Source of the DNA: Candidatus Burarchaeum sp.
GTDB lineage: Archaea > Micrarchaeota > Micrarchaeia > Burarchaeales > Burarchaeaceae
NCBI GenBank assembly: GCA_030646255.1
Contig: JAUSNF010000021.1
Span: 9,340-73,339, forward strand
Length of the DNA: 64,000 nt
Reading direction: 5' to 3'
This document shows, piece by piece, positions 7,328 through 18,817 of the stretch. The translations under genes and the position numbers were made by a program. Positions within the stretch are counted from its first letter, which is position 1, and every line of letters starts with the position of its first letter. The notes under the pieces are model-generated. The model was given only the letters and a program-made list of their open reading frames with translations, did no database searches and had not been told where the DNA came from.

Positions 7328-8044
7328 CTATGCGCGCATTTCCCTGTGGCGCACAAACGCCGCACCGGCAATGAAAAGCAGCCCGAATGCCGGCAGGCAG
7401 CATACCGAGCCCCCGCCCTGGTCCTGCTCAATCTTCTGGAAAGCCTGCTTTAGCTCGTCCTTATTCTCCGCAGTATAATACTTGCCTCCGCCCGCAGCTG
7501 CAATCTGCTGGTGCTGCGCCTTGGCAGCCGGGTCATCGGCGAGCGAGTAGCTGATGACGTTTATCACTGCTATTCCCTCATCCGTAGTCTTCTGGGCCTC
7601 GAGCACCGGGTCCCCGCCGCAGTTCTCCTCGCCGTCAGTAAGCAGTATTATGGTACCCTTCCCGCCCATCTCGCTCTTCACGTACTCCCTTCCCTCTGCA
7701 ATCGCCTCTGCTATGGGCGTCCAGTCTCCGGTGCCTATGCCGTTTATAGAGCTTCTCAGCTCCTGCTTGTTCGAAGTGAGCTCCCTTATCACGCGTATGT
7801 CGCCTGTCTGCGGGTTCCCTCCGTCATCGCACGTGTGGAATTTCATGACGGCGAACTGGTCTCCCTGCGATGCATCTATGAAATCTATGGCCGCGGCCTT
7901 GGCCGCCTCCAGCTTCGTCTCCCCGCTGTCCAGGTAGTCGTCCATGCTGGTGCTGGCATCCATTATGACAAGGAAGGAGCCTGCCGATACTGTGGCTGCG
8001 AGAAGCAGCAAGAATAGTCCTGTTTTTGCAATATATCTTTTCAT
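7328..8044 (-). CDS. Surface VWA domain protein with C-terminal anchor
   Basis: Signal peptide; MIDAS DASTSM, TP, LLTDGEE; C-terminal CCLP + TM helix + basic tail. Confidence 0.9.
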   Translation of the reverse strand: MKRYIAKTGLFLLLLAATVSAGSFLVIMDASTSMDDYLDSGETKLEAAKAAAIDFIDASQGDQFAVMKFHTCDDGGNPQTGDIRVIRELTSNKQELRSSINGIGTGDWTPIAEAIAEGREYVKSEMGGKGTIILLTDGEENCGGDPVLEAQKTTDEGIAVINVISYSLADDPAAKAQHQQIAAAGGGKYYTAENKDELKQAFQKIEQDQGGGSVCCLPAFGLLFIAGAAFVRHREMRA

Positions 8045-8180
8045 ACAGTTGTAATTCTTGCTTCCTTTAAAAACCTAACTGCCACCGCCAACAATCGCGT
8101 GCAATTCTCGTGCCTGCCCGGGCAGTGATGCAAAACTATAAATAAGACTGCTTCCAACCCCTTTCCAGAGGTGTTTACCT

Positions 8181-8729
8181 ATGCCGCCAGTGAAGAAAAA
8201 ACCGATTCATTTCAAGCATCATGAAATTTACACAGGCCCGCGCTCCGGCACGGACATAGATTACTCTCACTACTATTCTAGCGCAGGCACGAATGTGCAC
8301 TTCCTTGTGGCTGTGTTCATAGGCGCGCTGGTCTATTCCGTAATTTCATTCATCGTGCACATGGCGGGCGCAATTGCCGACATGGGCTATTACTTCATGC
8401 CAGACTATTTCAGCGTGTGGAGCAAGCTCATGATGCCTGTTGCAGGCCCGCCGCCAATTGAGTTCACCTATGCCTCACTGCTCTTCGGCTTCATAGCCGG
8501 CTTGCTCTTCACCTACTGCTTCTATCTAGTAAGGAACTCAATGCCGGGCAAGGGCATTGCAAAGGGGCTGAACTACGGAATGTTCGTAATGCTCCTGGCA
8601 GGCCTGCCCTTCTACATGACAATGACTCTGCTCATCAACCTGCCGCAGGGCCTGATGCTCTCGTGGCTCGTGCAGACATTCATAATCTACGAGCTGTCGG
8701 GCATTGCAGTTGCAAAGCTGGTGCGCTGA
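8181..8729 (+). CDS. Hypothetical multi-pass membrane protein
   Basis: About four hydrophobic segments; GAGGTG RBS. Confidence 0.75.
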   Translation: MPPVKKKPIHFKHHEIYTGPRSGTDIDYSHYYSSAGTNVHFLVAVFIGALVYSVISFIVHMAGAIADMGYYFMPDYFSVWSKLMMPVAGPPPIEFTYASLLFGFIAGLLFTYCFYLVRNSMPGKGIAKGLNYGMFVMLLAGLPFYMTMTLLINLPQGLMLSWLVQTFIIYELSGIAVAKLVR

Positions 8730-8751
8730 GCTGGCGTACAGATGTGAACGC

Positions 8752-8955
8752 ATGGACAAGCGCCTGATGGCAAAGCTCAAGTTTGCACTTCTTGTGCTAG
8801 CCGAGCTAGCGGGCCTTGTCTTTATCTTCCTCAGCAGGGAAAAAGTCAACCTCATGTTCATGTCGGACTATGGGTCTATTTTTGCAATGATCGTTTTTGC
8901 TACGTTCTGCACATCTTTTGAGCTGAGGCTCCTGGAAGAGATGAAGCAGGCCTAG
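8752..8955 (+). CDS. Small two-TM membrane protein
   Basis: Two hydrophobic segments. Confidence 0.5.
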   Translation: MDKRLMAKLKFALLVLAELAGLVFIFLSREKVNLMFMSDYGSIFAMIVFATFCTSFELRLLEEMKQA

Positions 8956-9032
8956 CACCAGCGCTTTTTCAGGCGGCAGGCTCGGCATTAGATATAAATA
9001 CCCCCTCAGGCCAAAACTGGGCAGGCGATCGG

Positions 9033-12000
9033 TTGGTTTTCATAAAGGAATTGTCACTGCGGAACTTCAAATCATTCAAGAGCGTCGACATTAAGCTCAG
9101 CCCCGGCCTTATCTGCCTGGCAGGCCCGAATGGCTCTGGGAAGTCGAACGTTACTGACGCCGTGCGCTTTGCGCTGGGCGAGATGAGCCTGAAGCAGCTC
9201 AGGCCTGAGGGCAAGAAGGCGAGCGGCCTGATTAGGCGGGGCTCGAGCCATGCTGTCGTAGGCGTGGTTTTCGGCGGGGAAGCGGGACTGGAAATAAAGC
9301 GGGCCATACGTGAAGATGGCAAGATGGCCTACAGGCTTGATGGCAAGCGGGCTACGAGAACATCAGTAGTTGAGAGCCTGCGCAAGGTGGGCGCAGAGGT
9401 GGGCGAACACAACGTCATCGCGCAGGGCGAGGTTGACCGAGTAGTGAAGATGAATGCGAAAGAAAGGCGCGAAATTATCGACCGCGCTTCGGGAGTTTAC
9501 GAGTTTGAGGAGAAGAAAAAGGAGGCGCTTTCAGAACTCAACAAAGTAGAGAGCCGCATAAGCGAGGCCAACATTGCGATAGGTGAGCGCGAGGGCGTGC
9601 TCTCGGAGCTCGAGAAGCAGAAGGACGAGGCCCTGCGTTATGCGGAGCTGAGCAAGGAGCTCAAGCGCGCCAAAGGTACGCTCATACATGCGGAAATGAT
9701 TAGGCTTGAAAAAGAGTTTGAGGGCAGTGCCAAGAAGGCTGCAGATTTGCAGGCCAAGTTTGATGCATTGCAGCATGAGCTCGAGGGGCTTGAGGCTAAA
9801 TTGGAAGGGCTTGAGAGCGAGCGCTCCAAAATAGCGAGCATCATAAATGAGCAGGCAGGCAAGGAAGGCCTGCGCGAGGAGCTTGAAAGGCTGCGCACTG
9901 AGATTGAGAGCAACTCGCGGCTGAGGGTTGAGAAGGAAAGGCAGGTCGGCGAGCTGCGCAAGTCCATAGCTGCGCAGGATGTCGAGCTCAAATCATTCGA
10001 GACAAAAATGGTCAATGCTCTCAAGGAAGCAGGAGAGTCAGAGAAGCAGGCCAAGGCTTTGGCAGGCGAGATAGCTGCGGGTGAGAAGGAAAGGTCCCAC
10101 GTTTTGTCAGGCGCTGGAGGCAAGCGCGCAGCAGAGCTGCGCAAGCGCCACTCAGAGCTGCTCAGGCAGATGGAGGAGAAGAAGGGCGCCGCGCTCGAGT
10201 CTGAGTCTGCTGCTGTACGCGATTCTGAAATTGCAAAGCTCAAGGAAGAGGAGCTCGCGCTAATAGCCGGCGAGCTGGGCGAGGGAAATGGGCGGGCGGC
10301 TGAGCTTGAGTCGCAGCTCGGGGAGCTGAACGGAAAGCTTGCAATATTTGCAAAAGAGGAGGATGACATTTTCGAGCGCGAGAAGGAAATCAACAAGCGG
10401 CTGCCGGACTATGACCGCAGGATACTTGAGATTGGGAACAAACTGCCTGAAATGAGAATGGTGAGCGGCAAAAGGCCTGCAGTGGATGCAGTGATAAGCG
10501 CTTCAAAGGCAGGCCAGCTCGAGGGCATTGTAGGTACTGTTTCAGACTCCTGCACATTCGAAGAGAAATACGCGCTTGCGATTGAGGCGAGCGCAGGCCC
10601 AAGACTTCACTATATACTAACTGAAGATGCCGATGCAGCAATGGATGCTATTGAGCACCTGAAGAAGACTAAAGCGGGCAGGTGCTCGTTCATACCTCTC
10701 GACCGCAAGATTTCAAACCTGCCGCCCGAGGCCATGCAGTTCGAGAAGTCGCAGGGCGTGCTAGGTTTTCTCATCAACCTGGTTCAGTTCGACAAGAGGC
10801 ACCTGAACGCGCTCCACTATGTCTTCGGCGACACGTTGCTGGTAAAGGACTCGGAAACTGCAAAGCGGCTTACGGGCAAGGTGCGCACGGTCACGATGGA
10901 CGGCGAGCTCTTCGAAAGGTCAGGAATAATCACGGGCGGCCCCTTCGGTTCAGGCTCCTCGCTCAAGAGCAGGATCGAGCTCGAAAGGCTTGAAAAGCAG
11001 ATGGATGAGGTGCAGACGGCGAAGAAGGCCGCGCTCGCGGAGCTCTATTCCTCGCGTGATTCGCTGGGCCAGCGGAGAAGGGAAAAGTCAGGGCTTGAGG
11101 TCAAGGCGCGCGGGCTTGAGATTGAGCTCGAGGGCATGCGCGTGCAGGGCGAGAGGAAGAAGGGACTGGTGCAGAAGCGCTCACAGTTTGAAAATGACTT
11201 GCAGAATTTGAAGTCCGCCATCACAGAAAACCAGAAGACTGCGGGCGAGTTCCGGGAAGCGCTTTCGCGCATAGAGTCCGAGCTTGCATCAATCTCAAAA
11301 ATGCTTGATAGCCAGGAAGTGCCTGAGGAAAAGGCAGAGGAGCTCGCACTAATAGAGGGCAAGATAACTGAGCTGGGCGACAAGAGGCGCGGGCTCGACA
11401 ATCTGGCTTCATCCAAGAAGGCCGAAGTGAAGATGCTCGAGGAGAATATGGCGAAGGGCGAGGGTGAGCTCGAGGTTGCGAGAGCCTCGCTCAAGGAACT
11501 GCTTGGTGCAATCGAGCAGATGCGGAAGATTGTTGAGGCTGATGGCGGGCTTCTGAAGGAAAAGGAAGAAAAGATGAAGGAGGCGAGCTCCAAGATGGCC
11601 TCGCTCTACGAGCAGCAGACGAAGATGGGCGCCGAGGTTGAGAAATATTCTAAGGAAAAGGGCAAGGCGCAGTTCAACTTCACGCGGGTATCAAACGAGC
11701 TGGTCGAGATGAAGTCTACCAGGCAGATGCATGAGATGCGGCTGGGCGATTTGAAGGCCGAGTGGGCGGAGTACAAGGAAATCGAGACCATGCAGCTCTC
11801 GAAAGATGAGCTTGAGGACAGGATGAAACAGGTTGAAGGCGAGCTCAACGCCATGGGCATGGTCAACATGCTGGCGCCCGAGCAGTACGAGCAGAAGAGC
11901 GCTGAGCTGAAGGAGAAGAAGGAGATTATCGGGAAGCTTAGCGAGGAGAAGAAGGCCGTGCTGAGCATGATTGAGGAGATTGACAGCAGGAAAGCAGAAA

Positions 12001-12473
12001 TATTCCTGCAGACATTCAGGGCTGTGGATGAGAACTTCCGCAAGATATTTAATTACGCTTTGCCCGGCGAGGGCATGCTGCTGCTGGACAATCCTGACGA
12101 CATTTTCGACAGCGGGCTGCAGATAAAGGTAAGGGTGGACGGCAAGGACCACTACATAGAGGCCAAGTCTGGCGGTGAGCGATCACTTCTCGCACTCCTC
12201 TTTGTATTCGCCCTTCATTCTACAAGGCCCTCTTCATTCTACGTGCTGGACGAGGCGGATGCCGCGCTAGACAAGGAGAACAGCAAGAAGCTCGCGGACA
12301 TGCTCAAGCAGCTCTCGAAGAAGGCGCAGTTCATAGTAGTCACGCACAATGATACCGTGCTTTCTGCGGCAGACATCGCGCTCGGCGTGACAAGGCAGGA
12401 CGGGGTTTCAAAAATAGTCGGAATAGAGTTCAAGAAAATGGCGACAGCCTCGGCTTCAGCCCCGGCGGGCTGA
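9033..12473 (+). CDS. smc: Chromosome segregation protein SMC
   Basis: Walker A GPNGSGKS, coiled coils, hinge (RSGIITGG), SGGE signature, VLDEADAALD. Confidence 0.97.
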   Translation: MVFIKELSLRNFKSFKSVDIKLSPGLICLAGPNGSGKSNVTDAVRFALGEMSLKQLRPEGKKASGLIRRGSSHAVVGVVFGGEAGLEIKRAIREDGKMAYRLDGKRATRTSVVESLRKVGAEVGEHNVIAQGEVDRVVKMNAKERREIIDRASGVYEFEEKKKEALSELNKVESRISEANIAIGEREGVLSELEKQKDEALRYAELSKELKRAKGTLIHAEMIRLEKEFEGSAKKAADLQAKFDALQHELEGLEAKLEGLESERSKIASIINEQAGKEGLREELERLRTEIESNSRLRVEKERQVGELRKSIAAQDVELKSFETKMVNALKEAGESEKQAKALAGEIAAGEKERSHVLSGAGGKRAAELRKRHSELLRQMEEKKGAALESESAAVRDSEIAKLKEEELALIAGELGEGNGRAAELESQLGELNGKLAIFAKEEDDIFEREKEINKRLPDYDRRILEIGNKLPEMRMVSGKRPAVDAVISASKAGQLEGIVGTVSDSCTFEEKYALAIEASAGPRLHYILTEDADAAMDAIEHLKKTKAGRCSFIPLDRKISNLPPEAMQFEKSQGVLGFLINLVQFDKRHLNALHYVFGDTLLVKDSETAKRLTGKVRTVTMDGELFERSGIITGGPFGSGSSLKSRIELERLEKQMDEVQTAKKAALAELYSSRDSLGQRRREKSGLEVKARGLEIELEGMRVQGERKKGLVQKRSQFENDLQNLKSAITENQKTAGEFREALSRIESELASISKMLDSQEVPEEKAEELALIEGKITELGDKRRGLDNLASSKKAEVKMLEENMAKGEGELEVARASLKELLGAIEQMRKIVEADGGLLKEKEEKMKEASSKMASLYEQQTKMGAEVEKYSKEKGKAQFNFTRVSNELVEMKSTRQMHEMRLGDLKAEWAEYKEIETMQLSKDELEDRMKQVEGELNAMGMVNMLAPEQYEQKSAELKEKKEIIGKLSEEKKAVLSMIEEIDSRKAEIFLQTFRAVDENFRKIFNYALPGEGMLLLDNPDDIFDSGLQIKVRVDGKDHYIEAKSGGERSLLALLFVFALHSTRPSSFYVLDEADAALDKENSKKLADMLKQLSKKAQFIVVTHNDTVLSAADIALGVTRQDGVSKIVGIEFKKMATASASAPAG

Positions 12474-12475
12474 CG

Positions 12476-13516
12476 ATGATATATATGTACAAGAAAAGAC
12501 TGCAGAACTTTTTCACCAATTCAAAAGCAGACGCGCTCATCCTGCACAACGGCGATTCCGAGGGCTATTTTGACATCAACTACCGCTACTTCATGGGCCT
12601 TGAGTTCGACAACTCCATCCTGCTTGCGCGCCGCACTGGAAGCGCGATGCTGCTCTGCACCTCGCTGAACTATGATTATGCGCGCGAGAAGGCGCGCGTG
12701 CCAGTGGAAAAGATTGAGCGCAAGCTGCTGCCGCAGCAGCTCAAGAAATTCATGGCCAGCTGCAAGAGCATAGGCATAAACAAGCGCTCGCTGCGCCTCT
12801 CAACTTTTGAGGTTTTGAGAAAGGCAGGCAAGGGCAAAAAGTTTATGGATGTGAGCGAGGAGCTGGGCATGAATAGGGCTATGAAGGATGGCGAGGAGCT
12901 CGCGATAATGAAAAAGTGCATTACAAAAACGCGCGGCATTCTCGAATCCGTTGAAGTGCGCGCAGGCATGAAGGAAGAGGACATCCTGAAGAATTTGCGG
13001 GTGCAGGCGCTCGAGGCAGGCGCCGACATTTCCTTCCCGCCCATTGTGCTGAGCGGCCCGAAGGCCAGCATACCCCACGGCGTGACCGGTGGAAGAAGAA
13101 TAGGGGCCAATGAAGCTGTGCTTATAGACTTCGGACTGAAAATGAACGGCTACTGCTCAGACCTGACCAGGTGCTATTTCACGGGCGCGTGCAAGCAGGA
13201 GCGCTCTATTTATGAGAAACTACAGAATGTGCAGGAATCGCTGGCAGACTATGGCCACGCAGGCACGCGCATCTCTGAGTTTGTGAAAAAGTCCGACGCG
13301 CTCATTAGGCAGGCCGGCCTGCCCAAGCTGCCCCACTCAATCGGCCATGGTTTGGGCCTGTATGTGCATGAAGCTCCCTCGCTGTGCGCAGACTCCAAGA
13401 AGAAATTTGAGGCAGGCATGACATTGGCCATAGAGCCCAGCTACTACGGCAAGAAATTCGGCTTGCGCTACGAGAATGATTTTGTGGTAGGCGGAAAGAA
13501 ACTGCGGATGCTCTAG
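12476..13516 (+). CDS. Xaa-Pro aminopeptidase (M24)
   Basis: DFG..YCSDLTR, HSIGHGLG, IEP, GLRYEND. Confidence 0.92.
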   Translation: MIYMYKKRLQNFFTNSKADALILHNGDSEGYFDINYRYFMGLEFDNSILLARRTGSAMLLCTSLNYDYAREKARVPVEKIERKLLPQQLKKFMASCKSIGINKRSLRLSTFEVLRKAGKGKKFMDVSEELGMNRAMKDGEELAIMKKCITKTRGILESVEVRAGMKEEDILKNLRVQALEAGADISFPPIVLSGPKASIPHGVTGGRRIGANEAVLIDFGLKMNGYCSDLTRCYFTGACKQERSIYEKLQNVQESLADYGHAGTRISEFVKKSDALIRQAGLPKLPHSIGHGLGLYVHEAPSLCADSKKKFEAGMTLAIEPSYYGKKFGLRYENDFVVGGKKLRML

Positions 13517-13527
13517 CTGCAATCACT

Positions 13528-15714
13528 CTAGTCCAGGAAAGCTTCCGGCCTCGGAGGCTCCTTGGGCTCGCCCTTGCGCTCGCGCACCTGGTAGACAATC
13601 TTCTGCTGCAGCTCCTTGTTCAAAGGCTCGAAGCCTGCGTACTCAGTGTACCAGATTGCGCGGCCCTGCGTGGCGCCGCGGATGCTGTTCGAGAAGCCGA
13701 ACATTTCTGCAACAGGCACCTTGGCATTTACAGTCACAATCTCGCCTTCCTGCTCGATGTTCAGAACCTGCCCGCGCCTTCCCTGTATCTGGCTGATAAT
13801 CGCGCTCATGTAATCCTGCGGCGCCTGCACGAGCAGCTTCTGCTTGGGCTCGAGCAGCTGCACGCCTGCCAAAAGCATGGCAGCATAAATCGGGTTGCGC
13901 ACTGCCGGAATTACCTGCGCAGGCCCCCTGTGAACCGGGTCCTCGTGGATTTTCGCATCAACAACATAGACCATCATGCCCGTAACCTTCTCCTTTGCCA
14001 AGGGGCCTTTCATGCACGCTTCCTCAAATGCCTGTATGACGAGCTCCATAATCTCGTTTATGTACTGCACTCCCTTTGTCGCATCTATCAGTATGTTTGC
14101 GTTGAAAACGTCCGCAATGTTGCGCGCGTCCTCGCGCTCCATGCCAGCTGTGATGAACGGCTCCCAGAAGCCCTTGCCCTTCGGCTTCTTGTTCGGTATC
14201 GTCCCATCAGTAATTGCCTGCAGAAGCGTAGCGGGCATCGGCTCAACAGTCACCTTAATCTTGGTGTGCTTGTTGGGCGACTTGCCCTCAACAGGCCCTG
14301 CCGAGCCTATAATAGTCTCACGGTAAACGACAATCGGGGGCGAGGTCTCGATGGCCACGCCTTTCTCCTTCGTAATCTTGTACTCGATAATCTCAAGGTG
14401 CAGCTCGCCCATGCCAGAGAGCAGGTGCTCGCCGGTCTCCTGGTTGATTTCAACCCTGAGCGTCGGGTCTTCCTTCGCAAGCTGCCTCAGAATCTCAATG
14501 AGCTTCACAAGGTCCGAGGTATTCTTGGCCTCGATAGACTTGGTCACGACAGGCTCGGAATAATGCTTAATTTGCTCGAAAGGATCCATATCTCCCTCGC
14601 TTATGGTCTCGCCCACATACAAATCGTGCAGGCCTATAATCGCCACAATGTTGCCAGCAGGCACCTTTTCTACAAGCACGCGGTCAATGCCCATGTAAAC
14701 GCCAACCTGCTGCACCTTCTCGCTCACGTGCTTGGAGGCGAGCGTCAGCTCCGTTCCCTTTGTAACCGTGCCCGAGAATATGCGCGCAATGCCGACCTCG
14801 CCGGCATGCTCGTCAATAGTGACTCCGAAAATCACACCGCACACCTTGCCCTTTGCGTCAGCCGAGGTCATGCCCTTGCCGTACTCGCTCTGCAAATCTC
14901 CTTTCCAAAGAACTGGAATGCGGTACTTCTGCGCAGTCATCGGGTTGGGAAGGTGCGTAATCGCCATCTCGAGAATAACCTCGTCAATGGGCCCCTTTAC
15001 CATCAGCGTCTTGTGGTCCTGCTTCGAGCAGTAGTCGTAGATGGTCTTGAAGTTCAGCCCGCTGCGCTTCATGTGCGGCACGCTCACGGCCCACTTGTTG
15101 TATGCAGAGCCGAATGTCACATTGCCCTTCTCGGGCGAGATGAGCCACTCCTCCTTGTACTCGCCCGCATAATTCGTGATGAGCTTGTTCACGCCCGCAA
15201 TGATTTTCATGAGCTTTTCCTGCATTGCTTCGGGCGTGAGCTTAAGCTCGTTGATGAGCCTGTCAATCTTGTTGATGAAAAGAGTTGGCTTGGACTTTTC
15301 CTTGAGCGCCTGCCTCACCACCGTCTCGGTCTGCGGCATGATGCCCTCAACTGCGTCCACGACGAGAATTATGCCGTCGACAGCCCTCATCGCCCTCGTC
15401 ACGTGGCCTCCGAAGTCCACGTGCCCGGGCGTATCAATTAAATTAATCAAGTGCGGCTTGCCCTGGTAGTTGAAGCCCAGGGAAATGTTTGCCGCCTTAA
15501 TCGTGATGCCGCGCGCCTGCTCCTGCTCATCATAGTCAAGCACGCGCTGCTCGCCCGCAAGCTCCTTTGAGATGAGCCCTGCGCGGGCAACAAGAGAATC
15601 AGACATCGTGGTCTTGCCATGGTCGACGTGCGCCACAATCGCCATGTTGCGCACCTGCTCGAGGTTGCCCATGATGGACTGCACTTCATCGACAACATAT
15701 TCTTTTCGAACCAT
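13528..15714 (-). CDS. fusA: Elongation factor EF-2
   Basis: AHVDHGKTT, RGITI, DTPGHVDF, NKID; diphthamide loop HEDPVHRG. Confidence 0.98.
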   Translation of the reverse strand: MVRKEYVVDEVQSIMGNLEQVRNMAIVAHVDHGKTTMSDSLVARAGLISKELAGEQRVLDYDEQEQARGITIKAANISLGFNYQGKPHLINLIDTPGHVDFGGHVTRAMRAVDGIILVVDAVEGIMPQTETVVRQALKEKSKPTLFINKIDRLINELKLTPEAMQEKLMKIIAGVNKLITNYAGEYKEEWLISPEKGNVTFGSAYNKWAVSVPHMKRSGLNFKTIYDYCSKQDHKTLMVKGPIDEVILEMAITHLPNPMTAQKYRIPVLWKGDLQSEYGKGMTSADAKGKVCGVIFGVTIDEHAGEVGIARIFSGTVTKGTELTLASKHVSEKVQQVGVYMGIDRVLVEKVPAGNIVAIIGLHDLYVGETISEGDMDPFEQIKHYSEPVVTKSIEAKNTSDLVKLIEILRQLAKEDPTLRVEINQETGEHLLSGMGELHLEIIEYKITKEKGVAIETSPPIVVYRETIIGSAGPVEGKSPNKHTKIKVTVEPMPATLLQAITDGTIPNKKPKGKGFWEPFITAGMEREDARNIADVFNANILIDATKGVQYINEIMELVIQAFEEACMKGPLAKEKVTGMMVYVVDAKIHEDPVHRGPAQVIPAVRNPIYAAMLLAGVQLLEPKQKLLVQAPQDYMSAIISQIQGRRGQVLNIEQEGEIVTVNAKVPVAEMFGFSNSIRGATQGRAIWYTEYAGFEPLNKELQQKIVYQVRERKGEPKEPPRPEAFLD

Positions 15715-15782
15715 TTCAAAACACCCGTATTGTAATGCCTATGCGATTGCATCCGTTCCCGCATCCTGCAATTCGCCTAACC

Positions 15783-16391
15783 CTACCTCGTGCTTCTGGC
15801 CATGCGCTCGGTCTCATCGCGCTTCTTTATGGCATAGCTGTTGAGGCTGTTCTGCGAAGCGAGTATCATTTCATCTGCGAGCGCCTGCGCCATCGTCTTT
15901 GGGTGGTTGAAAGAGCCCATGATTGCTGAGAGTGCAATGTTGCGCAGCGCCATGTCAAGCCTTCTCTGGGGCGAAACGTCGACTGCGACCTGGTATGAAA
16001 TGCCACCGTACTGCACGCGCGTAGTGTCCTCTCGCGGAGCCGTGTTCTTGAGCGCGCTCACGAGCACCTGCACCGGATTCTGGCTGGTCCTCTTGGCTAC
16101 GTCGGCAAAAGATTCCTCGACAATCTTCATGGCCTTGCTCTTCTTGCCCTGCAGCTTCCCGTGCGTGCGAATGACCTTGCCGCTCGTCTTCTCGCCCGTG
16201 CCTCCCCTCATAAGCTTGTTGACAAGCCGCTCGACAATGTTCACGCCGAGCTTGCCGAACTGCTTCTGCGCCTGCCTGCCGTGCGAGTGGGGCAGCGAGA
16301 TGGGTGAGAGGTTGATGTAAGGCCCGAGGCTCGGGTCGTCCACCTTCACTTCGCTCAAATCATATTTGTTGAAAAGCAACATGTCTGCCAT
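15783..16391 (-). CDS. rps7: 30S ribosomal protein S7
   Basis: IVERLVNKLM, APREDTTR, AVDVSPQRR; str cluster position. Confidence 0.97.
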   Translation of the reverse strand: MADMLLFNKYDLSEVKVDDPSLGPYINLSPISLPHSHGRQAQKQFGKLGVNIVERLVNKLMRGGTGEKTSGKVIRTHGKLQGKKSKAMKIVEESFADVAKRTSQNPVQVLVSALKNTAPREDTTRVQYGGISYQVAVDVSPQRRLDMALRNIALSAIMGSFNHPKTMAQALADEMILASQNSLNSYAIKKRDETERMARSTR

Positions 16392-16415
16392 TTTATTCAC
16401 CCTCTATTGTCCAAT

Positions 16416-16844
16416 CTATCTCTTCGGCTTCTCCTTCTTGCCCAGCCTGAGCTGGTCCAGATCAACGCCATTGACCGCAACTACCTTGTAGCGCACGCCG
16501 GGAATCGAGCCCATCTGCCCGCGCTGCGAGCCGCCCAGCCCCGCCACCAGCACCTCGTCGTGCTCATCAATGAAATTGATGGCCTTGTTGCGCGGTGCGA
16601 ATGCCGTGATTATCCTTCCGTTCTTCGAGAGCTGTACCTTCACGCACTTGATGAGGCCTGAGTGAGGCTGCTTCTGCTCCAAAGCCCTCTTCTCAAGAAC
16701 AATGCCGCGCGCCTGCGGTGCGCCTTCGAGCATGTCGTATTTTTCCTTGAGCCTGAGCTTGCGCCTCTTCCACGGCTTCTTCAGCCAGCGCTGTCGCTTC
16801 CTCTTCCTTTCCAGGTCCCTTGCTCCAAATTCACCACGGCCCAT
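16416..16844 (-). CDS. rps12: 30S ribosomal protein S12
   Basis: [29 protein letters not shown]. Confidence 0.97.
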   Translation of the reverse strand: MGRGEFGARDLERKRKRQRWLKKPWKRRKLRLKEKYDMLEGAPQARGIVLEKRALEQKQPHSGLIKCVKVQLSKNGRIITAFAPRNKAINFIDEHDEVLVAGLGGSQRGQMGSIPGVRYKVVAVNGVDLDQLRLGKKEKPKR

Positions 16845-16876
16845 ATACGCACCTTTCCAAACAATATCACTGCTTC

Positions 16877-17305
16877 TCAGTCCTTCGTGACAAGACGAAG
16901 ATCAGCACCGAAGCGGCGTTGCAAAAGCGCCTTGTGCATCTTTATCCGCTCGCCGCCCTTCCCTATTGCCGCGCCCCTGTCGCGCGCATCGACTGTAACA
17001 ACAGCAGTCCGCGCATTATCTTTCTCTTGAATGTTTAAATTACTTATGGGAATGGGCTTGAGCAGGTTCACTACGAAATCCCGCAAATCCTCGGCATTCT
17101 CGACCACGTATATCGGCTTGCTTCCGAAGGCCTTGCGCGCGCGCTCAAGCGCGCTGCCGCCCTTGCCGATGGCCCTTCCCATCTCGCCCTCCTTTATCAC
17201 AAAGGCAATTCCATCATCGCCTATGAGGCAGTCCTTCACTATCGCACCCGTCATGCTCTCAAAGAGCGCGATGCACTTCATATCGTCATTGCTGAGCGTG
17301 ATCAT
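16877..17305 (-). CDS. nusA: Archaeal NusA
   Basis: Two KH motifs AIGKGG; position after L30e. Confidence 0.93.
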   Translation of the reverse strand: MITLSNDDMKCIALFESMTGAIVKDCLIGDDGIAFVIKEGEMGRAIGKGGSALERARKAFGSKPIYVVENAEDLRDFVVNLLKPIPISNLNIQEKDNARTAVVTVDARDRGAAIGKGGERIKMHKALLQRRFGADLRLVTKD

Positions 17306-17317
17306 TATGAACAGCCT

Positions 17318-17713
17318 CTAATCCTGCACCTGCGTTTCTGCCTCTGGCTCCTGTGCAGACTCTGCGCCCGCCTTCTCAGCACTTGCAGTTACATTCTTTT
17401 CGGCGCCCGCCTCAGCCGCCGTTGCCCTTCCCATCTCAAGTATGTTGGAAGTGCCTGCATCAAGCACTGCGAGCACGCTCACCGGGAATGGTTTTCCGCA
17501 CACGGCGCCCAGCTCCATCGACGTGCCCTTGTATGCCTGGATCGGCACGCCCGCCTTGGCGCACTGCGCCTCAAGCGTCTTCCTTGAATCTGCGGGGCAG
17601 TTGGAAGAAACCAGCACCATCTTGGCCTTGCCCGCTGCCCTTGCGCAGCTGCGCGTGCCGAACTCGACCTTCCCGCTTTCAACAGCAGTTCTCAATACCT
17701 TGTCAATATCCAT
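17318..17713 (-). CDS. rpl30e: 50S ribosomal protein L30e (acidic C-terminal tail)
   Basis: GKVEFG..NCP..ELGAVCGKPFPVS. Confidence 0.93.
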   Translation of the reverse strand: MDIDKVLRTAVESGKVEFGTRSCARAAGKAKMVLVSSNCPADSRKTLEAQCAKAGVPIQAYKGTSMELGAVCGKPFPVSVLAVLDAGTSNILEMGRATAAEAGAEKNVTASAEKAGAESAQEPEAETQVQD

Positions 17714-17750
17714 TTACATCCTCTCCAAATAGTAATTCACAATCATGAAC

Positions 17751-18800
<1,050 letters not shown>

Positions 18801-18817
18801 TTAACCCCATGCTCCTC

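Noticed and set aside
12160..12185. SMC signature KSGGE instead of LSGGE as inactivation
   Set aside because: The SGG core and the other ATPase motifs are intact
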